In this document: positions 46,701 to 57,223 of the stretch, piece after piece
Position numbering within the stretch: the stretch's first letter is position 1
Layout: every line of letters begins with the position of its first letter
Source of the DNA: an uncultured Gammaproteobacteria bacterium
GTDB lineage: Bacteria; Patescibacteriota; Microgenomatia; Woykebacterales; RBG-16-39-9b
DNA: 64,000 nucleotides
Reading direction: 5' to 3'
NCBI GenBank assembly: GCA_964360785.1
Contig: CAYHXX010000001.1
Span: 9,334-73,333 of the forward strand
Translations under genes and position numbers: made by a program
The notes under the pieces: generated by a model
What the model saw: only the letters and a program-made list of their open reading frames with translations
The model's database searches: none
What the model was told of the DNA's origin: nothing

Positions 46701-48572
46701 ATGACTGAGAAACTTTTCAGTAGTTTTTTTCCAAAATCGCCTAATTTTCTTTTGCGTTACCCGGTATTTATTTTTTCCTCTGTACTGTTTGGTTTTGGCC
46801 TGTTTGAGCTGTATCTTGGCCAACAAGAAACTGCAAACTTGGTTTTTCAGCTAGTACTGATTTTTGGAGGTATCCCCCTTGCCTATGGAACAATTAAGGA
46901 ACTTCTGAAGAAAAATTATGGTGCCGACATAATAGCTGTCTTGGCGATTATCACCTCCCTATTGTTAAAGGAGTATCTTGCCGGAGCAATCATAATAATT
47001 ATGCTTTCTGGCGGTCGGGCTCTTGAGGATTTTGCACTTCAGAGTGCTTCGGATGCTTTAAAAAAGTTGGCCGAAGCTGCTCCTAGTATCGCCCACCTGG
47101 TGAAGGGGAAAGAAATTAGTGATATCAAAGTTGAGTCGGTTCGTGTTGCTGATACCTTGTTGGTGAAGCCAGGAGAATTAATTCCAGTTGACGCTGTTAT
47201 CATCAAAGGTGAGACATCAATCAACGAGTCTGCTCTGACTGGGGAACCCGTTCCAACCCACAAAACTTACAACAGCGCGGTATTGTCTGGAAGTGTAAAT
47301 CTGGACAACCCAATCCAAATCAGGGCCATTCGCAAAGCTTCAGAAAGTAAGTACGAACAAATTGTGAAATTAGTTCGCGATGCCCAGGCCACCAAAGCCC
47401 CGCTTCACCGGTTGGCCGATCGTTACGGAGCCATTTTTACCCCAGTGACTTTGTTCGTTGCCGCTGCTACCTATATATTTACACAAGATTCTATCAATGT
47501 ATTGGCGGTTTTGGTAGTGGCTACTCCCTGTCCCCTAATCTTAGCAACTCCAATCGCCATCATGGGTGGGATCAACCGTTCTGCGAAAAAAGGAATTATT
47601 GTTCGTAACGGTGGGGCTATAGAAAGAGTTGGGCAGGCAGAAGCAGTGGTGTTTGATAAGACTGGGACCCTAACTTTCGGTTTACCAAAAATAGTTGAGA
47701 TCAAGCAATTTGATATGACTTCGACAAAAGAAATCCTGCGCTACGCTGGTAGTGTCGAGCGTTTATCGGCTCATATACTCGCCAAGTCAACTGTAAATAT
47801 TGCTCACGAGCAGAGCATTGATTTGGTGTTCCCAGAAAATTTTAAAGAAACATTCGGGAAAGGTGTTGCAGGAGAAGTTGATGGAAAGCAGATAGCAGTT
47901 GGTAGCCAAGGTTTCATTAAGGACCATGGAGGTGAAATTTTTCCAGAGTTAGAGGGTTTTAAAAAAGAACAAAACGAACTGGGAAGGATAGTCAGTTTTG
48001 TTGCAATTGATAAAAAAGTTAATTCCGCTTTAGTATTTGGGGATGAGATCCGACCAGACATCAAAAAGACAATTTCTGAACTTCGAAACTTGGGTATAAA
48101 GCAAATTGCTATGCTTACCGGGGATTCGAAGAAAGTTGCCGACCAAGTCGCTGCCCAAACTGGTATTGATCTGGTCAAAGCCCAGACACTACCTGATGAG
48201 AAGGTAGAGTTTATCAATAAACTAAAAGAAACTTACTCCCATGTTGTTATGGTTGGTGATGGTTTCAATGACGCTCCGGCTTTGGTTTCAGCAACGGTTG
48301 GGATCGCTCTGGGGGCTTCGGGGAGCAGTATTTCCAGCGAATCAGCAGACATTGTCCTTGTCGAAAACAATATTGAGAAAGTAAACCAAGTTATTGGTAT
48401 CGGTAGGAAAGTGCTGTCAATTGCTCGTGGTGGGATACTTTTTGGAATGGGGGCTTCTTTTGTTGCCATGCTTTTTGCAGCTTTTGGATTTATTTCTCCG
48501 GTGAAAGGCGCAATCTTGCAAGAAGCTATTGACATCGTTGTGATCTTGAATGCTTTGCGCGCCAGCCGCTAA
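46701..48572 (+). CDS. Heavy-metal P1B-type ATPase (P1B-5-like signature)
   Basis: TGE, TPCP, DKTGTLT, SAH, MVGDG.NDAPAL, QEAID. Confidence 0.93.
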   Translation: MTEKLFSSFFPKSPNFLLRYPVFIFSSVLFGFGLFELYLGQQETANLVFQLVLIFGGIPLAYGTIKELLKKNYGADIIAVLAIITSLLLKEYLAGAIIIIMLSGGRALEDFALQSASDALKKLAEAAPSIAHLVKGKEISDIKVESVRVADTLLVKPGELIPVDAVIIKGETSINESALTGEPVPTHKTYNSAVLSGSVNLDNPIQIRAIRKASESKYEQIVKLVRDAQATKAPLHRLADRYGAIFTPVTLFVAAATYIFTQDSINVLAVLVVATPCPLILATPIAIMGGINRSAKKGIIVRNGGAIERVGQAEAVVFDKTGTLTFGLPKIVEIKQFDMTSTKEILRYAGSVERLSAHILAKSTVNIAHEQSIDLVFPENFKETFGKGVAGEVDGKQIAVGSQGFIKDHGGEIFPELEGFKKEQNELGRIVSFVAIDKKVNSALVFGDEIRPDIKKTISELRNLGIKQIAMLTGDSKKVADQVAAQTGIDLVKAQTLPDEKVEFINKLKETYSHVVMVGDGFNDAPALVSATVGIALGASGSSISSESADIVLVENNIEKVNQVIGIGRKVLSIARGGILFGMGASFVAMLFAAFGFISPVKGAILQEAIDIVVILNALRASR

Positions 48573-49708
48573 ATAGGTAATTCTTCTTGTTCTGGATCGG
48601 AGGTTGGTCCTTCGAGAGTTTTAATAGTTGGAAGGTCCTCGCCAGCAATTCCTTGTAGTTCTCCAAAAATATTAGTCGTGTTCTTTTCCAACCTAGATAG
48701 TTGGGTTTCTCTTTTTGCCCAGACTCGTTCCATCGATCTTTTTTCACTATCAAGATCGGTTTTCATAGCAATGAAACTTTCAATCTGCGATTCTATTCGG
48801 TGGCGGAAATTGTCTGAAGTTATATATTTATAGAGATCTTCTAGCTTCTCATCCTTATTTTCAGCAGCGGATTTGGCAGCAGCTACTTTCATCAACAGAA
48901 GTCTTAAAGTTGAGGCGACAGTTAGTATATCTTTATAAGAAGTCACCCAAACGCCATTTACCAGTCCAGAATTTCTTACTTTTTCGGGTAGATCCTCAAC
49001 CACTAACACAGCTTCAGAAGAGCCGGCAGTGCGCATATCCTCTTTGAGTTTTTGCAACCAGTTCTGATTCCACTTTGCTCTCTTGGCTTCCCAGATGATT
49101 GAACCGGCGACACTGCCCTGTTTGTTTCTGACAATTTGTAGGACATCGGCCCCACGAATTCCTTTGGGGACTTCTTTAATTTGGTCATCGGGGAAAGTAT
49201 TTTGCAGTTGAGTTTCAAGATCAAGTTCGAGAACTTCGCCTTGCAATTGCTGACTCCCCTGCTTGGTTTTGCGTTGGGCTTCGTCAAGTGCTTTTTGAGT
49301 GTCGGTTAATTTCTTCTCTAGCTCAAGCTTTTCCATCTTGGCTCGTTGTTCAAACTCTTGTTGGAATTTACCTAGCTGCTCTGTCAGCAGTTTTTCATTC
49401 TCTAGTTTGGATTTTTCATTCTGATCGAGAAGTTCTCGGATTCGTTTATTAAGTTCCAGGAGTTGTTCCTGCATTTGTCTATTTCGTTCCTTAAGTTCTT
49501 TGGATTCGTTCTCAGCGTTCCTGATCTTAAAATCAATTTCCGATTCAAACTTTTTCTTAGCTTCAACTAAGGTTTGTTCCCGGATTTTTTCAAGTTCTGC
49601 TTTTTGGTTGGCTTTTAACTCTTTGGAAAGCTTTTCCTCAACTTCATGAAACAAAGCTTGGGAGAGTTCAACTTCTTTAGAACAGTGGGGACAAATGATT
49701 TTTTCCAT
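48569..49708 (-). CDS. DUF2130-like coiled-coil protein
   Basis: N-terminal CPHC, SQQLQGEVLEL, FPDD.I.EVPKG.RGAD, WEAK. Confidence 0.85.
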   Translation of the reverse strand: MEKIICPHCSKEVELSQALFHEVEEKLSKELKANQKAELEKIREQTLVEAKKKFESEIDFKIRNAENESKELKERNRQMQEQLLELNKRIRELLDQNEKSKLENEKLLTEQLGKFQQEFEQRAKMEKLELEKKLTDTQKALDEAQRKTKQGSQQLQGEVLELDLETQLQNTFPDDQIKEVPKGIRGADVLQIVRNKQGSVAGSIIWEAKRAKWNQNWLQKLKEDMRTAGSSEAVLVVEDLPEKVRNSGLVNGVWVTSYKDILTVASTLRLLLMKVAAAKSAAENKDEKLEDLYKYITSDNFRHRIESQIESFIAMKTDLDSEKRSMERVWAKRETQLSRLEKNTTNIFGELQGIAGEDLPTIKTLEGPTSDPEQEELPI

Positions 49709-49781
49709 CTGGGTTGAAATTCTACTCTAAGAGGAGTTTTTAGGCAAGAAAAGTTCTGGGGGGAAAAACACCTTAGATGAG

Positions 49782-51056
49782 CTATTCGTTCTTGATTGCT
49801 CGAATAGGATCGATGTTTGAGGCTCGGAATGCTGGCCAAAATGCTGAGAAGAGAGAAACAAAGGTTGTAACCGCAATAACGATCAGCGGAATGGTAGTAT
49901 TGTATGGAAGTATATTTACAGTTGGCAGGTCCTTCAAAAAAGTCTGATGGGTGTAAAAGTTAATAATGCTAAACCATCCAAGGGAAAGAATTGAAGCCAA
50001 GATACCAGATCCAAACCCAATCATGATTGCCTCCGTTGAAAACAATATTCTGATAGTACCTTTTGTTGCGCCAACTGCCTTCATAATCCCTATTTCCCGT
50101 GTTCTATCTTTGACCGCTACTGACATTGTCGTAAAGATAAATAGAGCTGAGATCACAAAACCGATAATTGCCAAGACTCGGAAGAACCACTCCACTGCCC
50201 CGCTAATTCCTTGGCTGATTTCCTCGGCAGTTGTAGACTCAAAACCCAGCTTCTCAATCGCTTTGTCGACATCACTAATTTGGTTTTTGTCCTTAACTTT
50301 CACCTTGATACCACTTCCAAATTGAGTTTTGTAGAGTTCTGGATTGCCATAATCGTCACGCGCCATTTGAACAGCGTCTTCGTAACCAACAACAAAGTCT
50401 GGATTTTCCGACACAGCATTGTCCGATACCCCAAGTATCTGGAAACTATAGTTTTGCTGACCATCGATAATTACCATCTTCCCAACCAAATCATCTGGTT
50501 TATCAGCACCAAAAACCTTCTGGTATTTGGCTGAGATTATTCCTACACCTTGGTCGTTTTTCTGCAAGTCTCGGCCAGCTACAATCTTTAATTTGTCCTT
50601 AGTTTCAATCGAGTTGTACGCTGTTATAGCAACGTATTTCTTACCACCACTGACAAGTTGTATGGCTTTAGTTATGGTTGCAAGATCAATTTCGTAATCG
50701 ACCTCTGCTACTCCAGAAACTTTTTTGATTTTCTCAATATCATCTTTCTTAAATAAAACTATCTCCATTCCATAAAGATTTAGTGTGTCTTGCTTGACCT
50801 CAACAGGTTCTTTGCTAGAGGTTGGTCCAGTGAAACTAATATTTATGTCAGGCGATTTTGGATTTACTCTCACTATGTCATCGGCTGGCAAAAATGATAG
50901 TTGTTCTTTAAGGAAACCACTAAACCCTGACTGTAAAGCCAATAGTGCGCTTAGAAGAATAGCTGCAATACACAGTGCAATCACTGTGAAAATATTGCGG
51001 AATTTACGCCGGAAAAGATTACGAAACGAAAGTTTGAAATAATACTTTAGTTTCAC
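49782..51056 (-). CDS. ABC transporter permease (MacB/FtsX type)
   Basis: RNL.RRK.R, RTREIGIMKAVGA, PAFRAS..DPI.A. Confidence 0.93.
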   Translation of the reverse strand: MKLKYYFKLSFRNLFRRKFRNIFTVIALCIAAILLSALLALQSGFSGFLKEQLSFLPADDIVRVNPKSPDINISFTGPTSSKEPVEVKQDTLNLYGMEIVLFKKDDIEKIKKVSGVAEVDYEIDLATITKAIQLVSGGKKYVAITAYNSIETKDKLKIVAGRDLQKNDQGVGIISAKYQKVFGADKPDDLVGKMVIIDGQQNYSFQILGVSDNAVSENPDFVVGYEDAVQMARDDYGNPELYKTQFGSGIKVKVKDKNQISDVDKAIEKLGFESTTAEEISQGISGAVEWFFRVLAIIGFVISALFIFTTMSVAVKDRTREIGIMKAVGATKGTIRILFSTEAIMIGFGSGILASILSLGWFSIINFYTHQTFLKDLPTVNILPYNTTIPLIVIAVTTFVSLFSAFWPAFRASNIDPIRAIKNE

Positions 51057-51715
51057 TGTATTCTCCCATCTTTAATTCGAATAATTTTGGAAGCAAGTGA
51101 AGCTATTTCTTCGTTGTGAGTTATCATCACCAAGGTGATACCTTTTTCCTTGTTGAGTTTCATCAAAAGATCGATAACTTGTTTTCCGGTCTTTGTGTCT
51201 AGGTTTCCTGTTGGCTCGTCGGCGAGAATAATTTGTGGGTCTGTGATCAAGGCACGGGCAATGGCGACTCGTTGTTGTTCTCCCCCGGAAAGCTCTTTTG
51301 GTAGATGCTTAGCTCGGTCACCAAGATCAACCTCACGCAGCACTGTTTCAGATTTTTGGTTGATATTCTGATCGGAGTCTTTGGCTAGGATCAGTGGTAA
51401 GGCCGCATTTTCTTTGGCGTTGAAGATAGGATGCAAATTGTAGGATTGGAATACGAAACCAACTTTTTTGTTGCGGAATTGAGACAGTTTCTTATCAGCT
51501 AGTTTTGCTAGGTTTTGATCATCAACTAAGACCTCGCCTGAAGTTGGCCGATCGAGACCACCCATTAGATGCATGAGAGTGGATTTACCACTGCCCGATG
51601 GTCCCAGGATAGCAACAAACTCACCCTTTCTTATCTCAACATTTACCTGGTCAAGGGCTTTGACCAAGTTTTTACCGATCTTGTAGATCTTGGAGACGTT
51701 TTTAAACTGGATCAT
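51053..51715 (-). CDS. ABC transporter ATP-binding protein (LolD/MacB type)
   Basis: [28 protein letters not shown]. Confidence 0.96.
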   Translation of the reverse strand: MIQFKNVSKIYKIGKNLVKALDQVNVEIRKGEFVAILGPSGSGKSTLMHLMGGLDRPTSGEVLVDDQNLAKLADKKLSQFRNKKVGFVFQSYNLHPIFNAKENAALPLILAKDSDQNINQKSETVLREVDLGDRAKHLPKELSGGEQQRVAIARALITDPQIILADEPTGNLDTKTGKQVIDLLMKLNKEKGITLVMITHNEEIASLASKIIRIKDGRIQ

Positions 51716-51721
51716 GAAATC

Positions 51722-51907
51722 TTAGCAAAATTCGCAGACTTCGGCTTTTTTCTTCATATCAGGGGTGTTGACCTTGCAGCAATTTTCGCAGCAAAATTTC
51801 TTGCCGTCCATGGTGTAGTGTTCTCCTGCTTTGATTTCTTTGCCACAGTTTTCACAAACATGTTTTTCAGAATCTGTTTCTGGACCCATTCCAAGTATTT
51901 CACTCAT
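51722..51907 (-). CDS. Small Cys-rich metal-binding protein (TRASH/metallothionein-like)
   Basis: CENC...FCCENCC...CEFC, 8 Cys in 61 aa. Confidence 0.7.
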   Translation of the reverse strand: MSEILGMGPETDSEKHVCENCGKEIKAGEHYTMDGKKFCCENCCKVNTPDMKKKAEVCEFC

Positions 51908-51939
51908 ATATTTTAACTTTAAAGTAAAAGGAAAAAGCT

Positions 51940-52012
51940 GTCAAACGCTAAGGCGTTTCGCAAGTAGGAACTAGTCAAACGCTAAGGCGTTTCGCAAGTA
52001 GGAAATAGTCAA
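51940..52012. repeat. 34-bp tandem repeat, two copies plus a partial
   Basis: GTCAAACGCTAAGGCGTTTCGCAAGTAGGAA(C/A)TA twice, then GTCAA. Confidence 0.95.
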
Positions 52013-52202
52013 GAAAAAGAGAAAAGGCAGCGGGCGCTAGTTGGTAGGAAACCAATGCCCGCTACCTTGATGAGGACAACTTATCTAATCGGGACTGCCG
52101 CCTGGCTACAAGAGTTATTTGTCGGTTAACCAGAGGTTACCGCAGGACATCAGTGCCGTTGGTCCTGGGTGGGCTTACAGACCCCTGCGCTGCTGTGTCG
52201 CG

Positions 52203-52376
52203 CTAGGTCGCCGAGATCGCCACCGCTGCCGCGCCGGCCACGTTGTGGTCGAGCGCTGCCTTCTTCCGCCCGGTCTTCAGGCCGATCTTCGCTCGTGTCG
52301 GCGTCTTGTCGAACGCTGCAGCCGCCTGCTCGGGGCTCGCGCGCGTTGCGCCGGTGAACATGGAGATGCTTCGCAT
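52203..52376 (-). CDS. Small Ala/Lys-rich peptide (57 aa) inside a long structured transcript
   Basis: Translated by hand MRSISMFTGATRASPEQAAAAFDKTPTRAKIGLKTGRKKAALDHNVAGAAAVAISAT; GGAGG SD; TTGACA-17 bp-TAAAAT promoter at 52556-52528; terminator 52024-52068. Confidence 0.5.
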   Translation of the reverse strand: MRSISMFTGATRASPEQAAAAFDKTPTRAKIGLKTGRKKAALDHNVAGAAAVAISAT

Positions 52377-52592
52377 AGGCTACTTGCCTCCGCTGTTGGT
52401 TCCTTCCGTTGTCGTTCCCAGCACTGCTCCTACCTCAGTACTAGTATGACTGCAGCTTGCCTCAAGCTTTGCACCTCTCGGTTGCCTGCTTGTTCACTTT
52501 TCGTGAAAGGCTCACTACATGAGAAGAATTTTACTACTAGCCAGAAAGCCTGTCAATATAATTGCACTTTAAAAAAAAGAAACAGCAGGTTG

Positions 52593-52865
52593 TTAAGACT
52601 GCTGCTGTTTTCTTGATTTGATTTTTTCGTATAAGAAAAACGCTGGGATAGATATTGGCCAAGTTAGACTAAAGCCAACTCCAATTGGCACGTACTCTTG
52701 GAATTCCATCTTCAAGTGGCGTTTCTCTTTTCTCTTTCTCTCCTGTATTAGCCACCATCCTAGATCGATTATGAGCCAGGTGAAGGTAGCTAGCGTACCT
52801 AGTATATAGATTCGTCTCAAGACGATCTCGTTCGTAGAAGACCACTTCTTTCTTTCAGTCTCCAC
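52593..52865 (-). CDS. Small membrane protein
   Basis: Two hydrophobic segments; overlaps the upstream ORF. Confidence 0.45.
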   Translation of the reverse strand: METERKKWSSTNEIVLRRIYILGTLATFTWLIIDLGWWLIQERKRKEKRHLKMEFQEYVPIGVGFSLTWPISIPAFFLYEKIKSRKQQQS

Positions 52866-53083
52866 TCAGCAGCATGTAACTCTTTGGCGGTTTTTGAATC
52901 TTCACCTAATATTGCGGTGATGAGTTCGATCTGCTCTTCTAAGTCTGAACAGTCGTTAAGTGAACCAACGTTGTCGATTCTGTCCTGAAATTCAATTGCC
53001 CCTTCCACTTGGGCTCTCAGCATTCTGGCTGTTTGATATATACCAGCGAGCTGTGCTACTGCGGTGTTGAGTGCTTCAGCCAC
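52817..53083 (-). CDS. Hypothetical helical protein
   Basis: GGGAGG SD, GTG start, TATAAT upstream. Confidence 0.55.
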   Translation of the reverse strand: MAEALNTAVAQLAGIYQTARMLRAQVEGAIEFQDRIDNVGSLNDCSDLEEQIELITAILGEDSKTAKELHAAEWRLKERSGLLRTRSS

Positions 53084-53158
53084 AGTAAACCTCCCTTTCC
53101 AAGTCTAAATTATAAGCTAGGATAGCAAATTTTGAGGTTTTTGATTATAATTTTCTTA

Positions 53159-55840
53159 ATGCCTGAACAGGATTTTTACAAACTTTCCCAAGAAGAACTT
53201 TTTGTCCAACTCGAAACCAGCAAAAAAGGACTCTCCGCAGAGGAGGTCCAAAGGCGGTTGGAAAAGTATGGGCAAAACAAACTAACTGCCAAAAAGAAAA
53301 TTTCTCCGTTTGAAATCTTTCTTTCTCAATTTAAAAACAACCTCATACTGATATTGATTGCTGCAGCCTTCTTGGTGTTTTTTGTCTATTTCTTTGGCAA
53401 AGAACAGGATTCTTCTGATCTGATCGAGGGCAGTTTGATCTTGGCAATTGTTTTGATGATTACAATCCTTGGTTTTGTTCAAGAATACAAAGCCGAGAAA
53501 GCCGTTGAAGCTCTCAAAAAGTTGCTTGCCTTCAATGCCAAGGTGGTTCGTGATGGTAGCGAGCACCAAGTTGATGTCACAAGTTTGGTCCCTGGAGATG
53601 TTGTGGTACTTGAAGAGGGTGAGAAAGTTCCGGCAGACATCCGGCTGTTTCAAGTTTCCAACATCACTACTCTCGAAGCTTCATTGACTGGCGAATCAAC
53701 CCCCGTGAGCAAAAATACTGACCCAATAGATAAGGCTGTTCAGATTGGTGACCAAAAGAATATGGTTTTTTCTAGTACTATCATTGCTTCTGGACGGGGT
53801 TTGGGAGTAGTGGTCAAAACTGGAGATCTGACAGAAATTGGAAAAATTGCCAACTCTGTTGCTAGCGTTGAGGACGAGGAAACCCCAATTCAAAAAAGAC
53901 TGGATGATATTGGCAAAGCCCTTGGTTTTATTGTCCTGGGTGTTTGTGCGGTTGTTTTTGTCTTCATTGTTTTCTTCGCCGGAGAATTTCAAAAGCTAGA
54001 CCTGTTTACTAGAGTCATAACATCGTTTATTGCCGCTATCTCACTAGCCGTGGCTGCGATTCCGGAAGGTTTACCGGCTGTGGTAACAATCGCACTTGCT
54101 TTGGGAACACAGCGAATGTTGAGACGGAAGATTTTGGTTAGGAAGCTGAATTCGGTTGAAACCCTCGGGTCAACGGATGTGGTTTGCTCAGACAAGACTG
54201 GAACTTTGACGAAAAACGAGATGACTGTTCAGGAACTTTATTTTAATAACCAGATCTACTCTGTTACCGGAACTGGCTATGAGCGACAAGGTGACTTTTT
54301 GCTCGAAGGAAAGAAAGTGGATCCAAAGGAGCTCGAACTGCTGCTCGCGATTGGACAAATCTGTAACGATGCAAACTTTGAGGGTGAGAAACTCTTGGGA
54401 GACCCGACCGAAGGCGCCCTGCTCGTCAGTGCAGCCAAAGCAGGTGTCGAGAAAAAAGTAGAAAGAGTCAAAGAGATTCCTTTTAGTTCTTCACGTAAGA
54501 TGATGTCAGTGGCCGATGAGGATGCTGGCAAAATCCTTGTTTATGCCAAAGGGGCTCCAGAAGTTCTCCTGGAACACTGTGAAAAGCTATTGGTTGCTGG
54601 TAAAGGGATCGAACTTTCAAAATCTGATAAAGAACAAATCCTCAGAACAGTTGACCAGATGTCCCACAAAGCCCTGCGGACACTTGCCTTTGCTTACAAA
54701 GAAACTGACAAAATTGAAGAGGATGAGCAGATGGAAGCGGGTCTGGTTTTTGTTGGGTTGCAAGGAATGATCGATCCTCCAAGAGTCGAGATCGAGCCTT
54801 TGATCAATGCCTGTAACAGCTCAGGAATTCGCACGATCATGATCACTGGCGACCATCAAGCCACAGCCGAGGCAGTTGCCCATCAGGTTGGTATTGATGG
54901 TAAAAGTATTTCCGGCACCGAGCTTGATAAACTCAGCCCAGAGGAGCTCGACAAAGTGGTCCAAGAGGTTGATATCTATGCTCGAGTCTCTCCTGACTTT
55001 AAGATGAAGATTGTCGATATCCTCCAGAAACACGGGCACATTGTGGCAATGACGGGTGACGGGGTCAACGACGCTCCCGCAGTCAAAAGGGCTGATATTG
55101 GGATTGCCATGGGAATCACCGGCACTGATGTGGCCAAGGAGGCTTCTGACATGGTCTTGCTTGATGATAACTTCTCTACCATAGTAGCGGCTATCGAAGA
55201 AGGACGCGGGATTTTTACTAATATCCGAAAATTTGTAGATTATTTGCTTTCTTGTAATATTGCTGAAGTCTTGGTTGTCTTCTTTGCTCTGATGCTCTTT
55301 CAACATCTGCCCCTGACAGCAATAATGCTGCTTTGGATAAATGTGATCACCGATGGTCTACCAGCAATAGCACTGGGACTAGATCCAGCGGAAAAAGGGA
55401 TCATGCGCTACTCCCCCAAGAAATTTCAGGAGCAAATTATCAACAAACGTCTTTGGGTGGAAATGGTTGTTTTTGGAGTACTGCTGACAATCGGAGTGCT
55501 TGGAATTTACTGGCACAATATTCCCGAGGGTTTGGCTGAAGCTCGAGCAGCGGCTTTTATGGCAATTGTAATTTTCGAATTAGTCAGGTTGCTAATCATC
55601 CGAGCAGATCACAAAACTTCAATCTTTTCAAACGGTTGGTTGATTGTGGCCGTGGTTGTATCGGTTCTGCTTCAGGTAGCGCTTGTTTATATCCCCTTCT
55701 TGGCAAACCTCTTTGAGATCAAACACATTGATCTTTTTGACTGGGTTTATATTGTGATTGGGAGTGGTATTATCTGGGGTAGTTTTGAGTTGATACGGCG
55801 TGTGACCAATCAGCTTTCAATATTAGACGAGAAAGCTTAA
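53159..55840 (+). CDS. P2A-type (Ca2+-like) cation-transporting ATPase
   Basis: TGES, IPEGL, CSDKTGTLT, KGAPE, DPPR, TGDGVNDAP; ATG at 53159. Confidence 0.96.
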   Translation: MPEQDFYKLSQEELFVQLETSKKGLSAEEVQRRLEKYGQNKLTAKKKISPFEIFLSQFKNNLILILIAAAFLVFFVYFFGKEQDSSDLIEGSLILAIVLMITILGFVQEYKAEKAVEALKKLLAFNAKVVRDGSEHQVDVTSLVPGDVVVLEEGEKVPADIRLFQVSNITTLEASLTGESTPVSKNTDPIDKAVQIGDQKNMVFSSTIIASGRGLGVVVKTGDLTEIGKIANSVASVEDEETPIQKRLDDIGKALGFIVLGVCAVVFVFIVFFAGEFQKLDLFTRVITSFIAAISLAVAAIPEGLPAVVTIALALGTQRMLRRKILVRKLNSVETLGSTDVVCSDKTGTLTKNEMTVQELYFNNQIYSVTGTGYERQGDFLLEGKKVDPKELELLLAIGQICNDANFEGEKLLGDPTEGALLVSAAKAGVEKKVERVKEIPFSSSRKMMSVADEDAGKILVYAKGAPEVLLEHCEKLLVAGKGIELSKSDKEQILRTVDQMSHKALRTLAFAYKETDKIEEDEQMEAGLVFVGLQGMIDPPRVEIEPLINACNSSGIRTIMITGDHQATAEAVAHQVGIDGKSISGTELDKLSPEELDKVVQEVDIYARVSPDFKMKIVDILQKHGHIVAMTGDGVNDAPAVKRADIGIAMGITGTDVAKEASDMVLLDDNFSTIVAAIEEGRGIFTNIRKFVDYLLSCNIAEVLVVFFALMLFQHLPLTAIMLLWINVITDGLPAIALGLDPAEKGIMRYSPKKFQEQIINKRLWVEMVVFGVLLTIGVLGIYWHNIPEGLAEARAAAFMAIVIFELVRLLIIRADHKTSIFSNGWLIVAVVVSVLLQVALVYIPFLANLFEIKHIDLFDWVYIVIGSGIIWGSFELIRRVTNQLSILDEKA

Positions 55841-55852
55841 AGTATCTTAAAT

Positions 55853-57211
55853 ATGGCTTATGATTTTGATCTGATTGTGATCGGTTCTGGAGCTGGGGGT
55901 TCGGTTGGGGCCCACCACGCTGCTTCTTTGGGTAAGAAAGTTGCTGTTTTTGAAAAAGGTGATGTTGGTGGAGAGTGTCCAAACTGGGCCTGTGTCCCAA
56001 CAAAAGCTCTGTTAACAGCCGCCGAGGCCTATGAAACTGCCAAGCTGAGTGGTAAGTTTGGGATCAGCACCGGTGAGGTCTCGTTTGATTACTCAAAAAT
56101 TAGGGACTGGAAGAACTTGGTCGTTTCGCGTACTGGGGCCGCCCACGGAGAAGAATCTCTCAAAGAAAATAATATTACACTTATCAAAGAAAAAGCGCAG
56201 TTTGTCTCTGCCCACGAGGTACTCGCAGGAGAGAAAACTTATTCTGCAGAGTATCTACTGATAGCCACAGGCTCGGACGTCTTTATCCCCCCAATTCCTG
56301 GAATTGAAGAATCTGGTTATATCACTTTCAGACAGGCGGTTGATTTTGACCATCTGCCCAAATCTATTTTTATCCTTGGTGGTGGGCCGATTGGTTGTGA
56401 ATTTGCCCAGATATTTTCAACTTTAGGATCAGAAGTTTACCTTGCCGATACTCTACCCGCTTTGATGGCGCGGGAAGAAAAAGAAGTTGGTGCCTTGTTG
56501 CAAGCTTTGTTTGAGCACCGCAAAGTCAAAGTAAAGGTTTCCTGTCAGGTGAGCAAAATTGAAAAAACTGGAACCAGCAAAAAAATAACCTACACTATCC
56601 ACGGCAGGGAAGAAACAGCCGAAGTTGAGGAAATACTTGTGGCTACCGGCAAAAAACCAGTTACTGATATTGATATGGAAAAAGCTGGTGTTACCTATGA
56701 CAAAAAGATGATTCATGTGAATGAATTTCTGCAGACAACCACGCCAAACATTTACGCTTCTGGTGATATAGTTGGACCGTTTCTTTTCACCCACACGGGC
56801 AATTACCAAAGCTATATTGCAGTTAACAATATGTTCTCGGAAAACAAAATCTCACCTGACTATACGGTCGTCCCTCGTTGTGTCTTCACCGAACCAGAAG
56901 TTGGTACTGTAGGAATTACTGAAGCTGCAGCTATCGAAAAAGGAATCAAAATCAAAAAAGCCGCAGTTCCAATTTCTATCCTGGGTCGAGCCAACACCGC
57001 GGACGCTTTTGATGGGTTTGTCAAAGTCATTACCGATGAAAATGAAGTAATTTTAGGAGCGGCCATTGTTGCTCCCCGTGCTGGCGAAATGATTCACGAA
57101 CTTGCCTTGGCGATGAAGTTGAAAGCGAGAGCGAGCGATGTTGCAGAAATGATCCACGCCTACCCGACTTTCTCAGAAGCAATAAAAATTGTCTGTGCGA
57201 ATGTGGAATAA
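55853..57211 (+). CDS. Class I pyridine nucleotide-disulfide oxidoreductase (dihydrolipoamide dehydrogenase-like)
   Basis: GSGAGG, GGECPNWACVP, GGGPIG.E, HAYPT.SE. Confidence 0.92.
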   Translation: MAYDFDLIVIGSGAGGSVGAHHAASLGKKVAVFEKGDVGGECPNWACVPTKALLTAAEAYETAKLSGKFGISTGEVSFDYSKIRDWKNLVVSRTGAAHGEESLKENNITLIKEKAQFVSAHEVLAGEKTYSAEYLLIATGSDVFIPPIPGIEESGYITFRQAVDFDHLPKSIFILGGGPIGCEFAQIFSTLGSEVYLADTLPALMAREEKEVGALLQALFEHRKVKVKVSCQVSKIEKTGTSKKITYTIHGREETAEVEEILVATGKKPVTDIDMEKAGVTYDKKMIHVNEFLQTTTPNIYASGDIVGPFLFTHTGNYQSYIAVNNMFSENKISPDYTVVPRCVFTEPEVGTVGITEAAAIEKGIKIKKAAVPISILGRANTADAFDGFVKVITDENEVILGAAIVAPRAGEMIHELALAMKLKARASDVAEMIHAYPTFSEAIKIVCANVE

Positions 57212-57223
57212 AAAAAGGAGCGA

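Noticed and set aside
51940-52012. CRISPR array
   Set aside because: The repeats abut with no spacers and no cas genes were seen.
52015-52556. tmRNA or RNase P RNA
   Set aside because: No tRNA-like ends with T-arm and CCA, and no GAGGAAAGTCC signature.
55853-57211. Mercuric reductase MerA
   Set aside because: Lacks the C-terminal Cys-Cys pair and any mer operon context.
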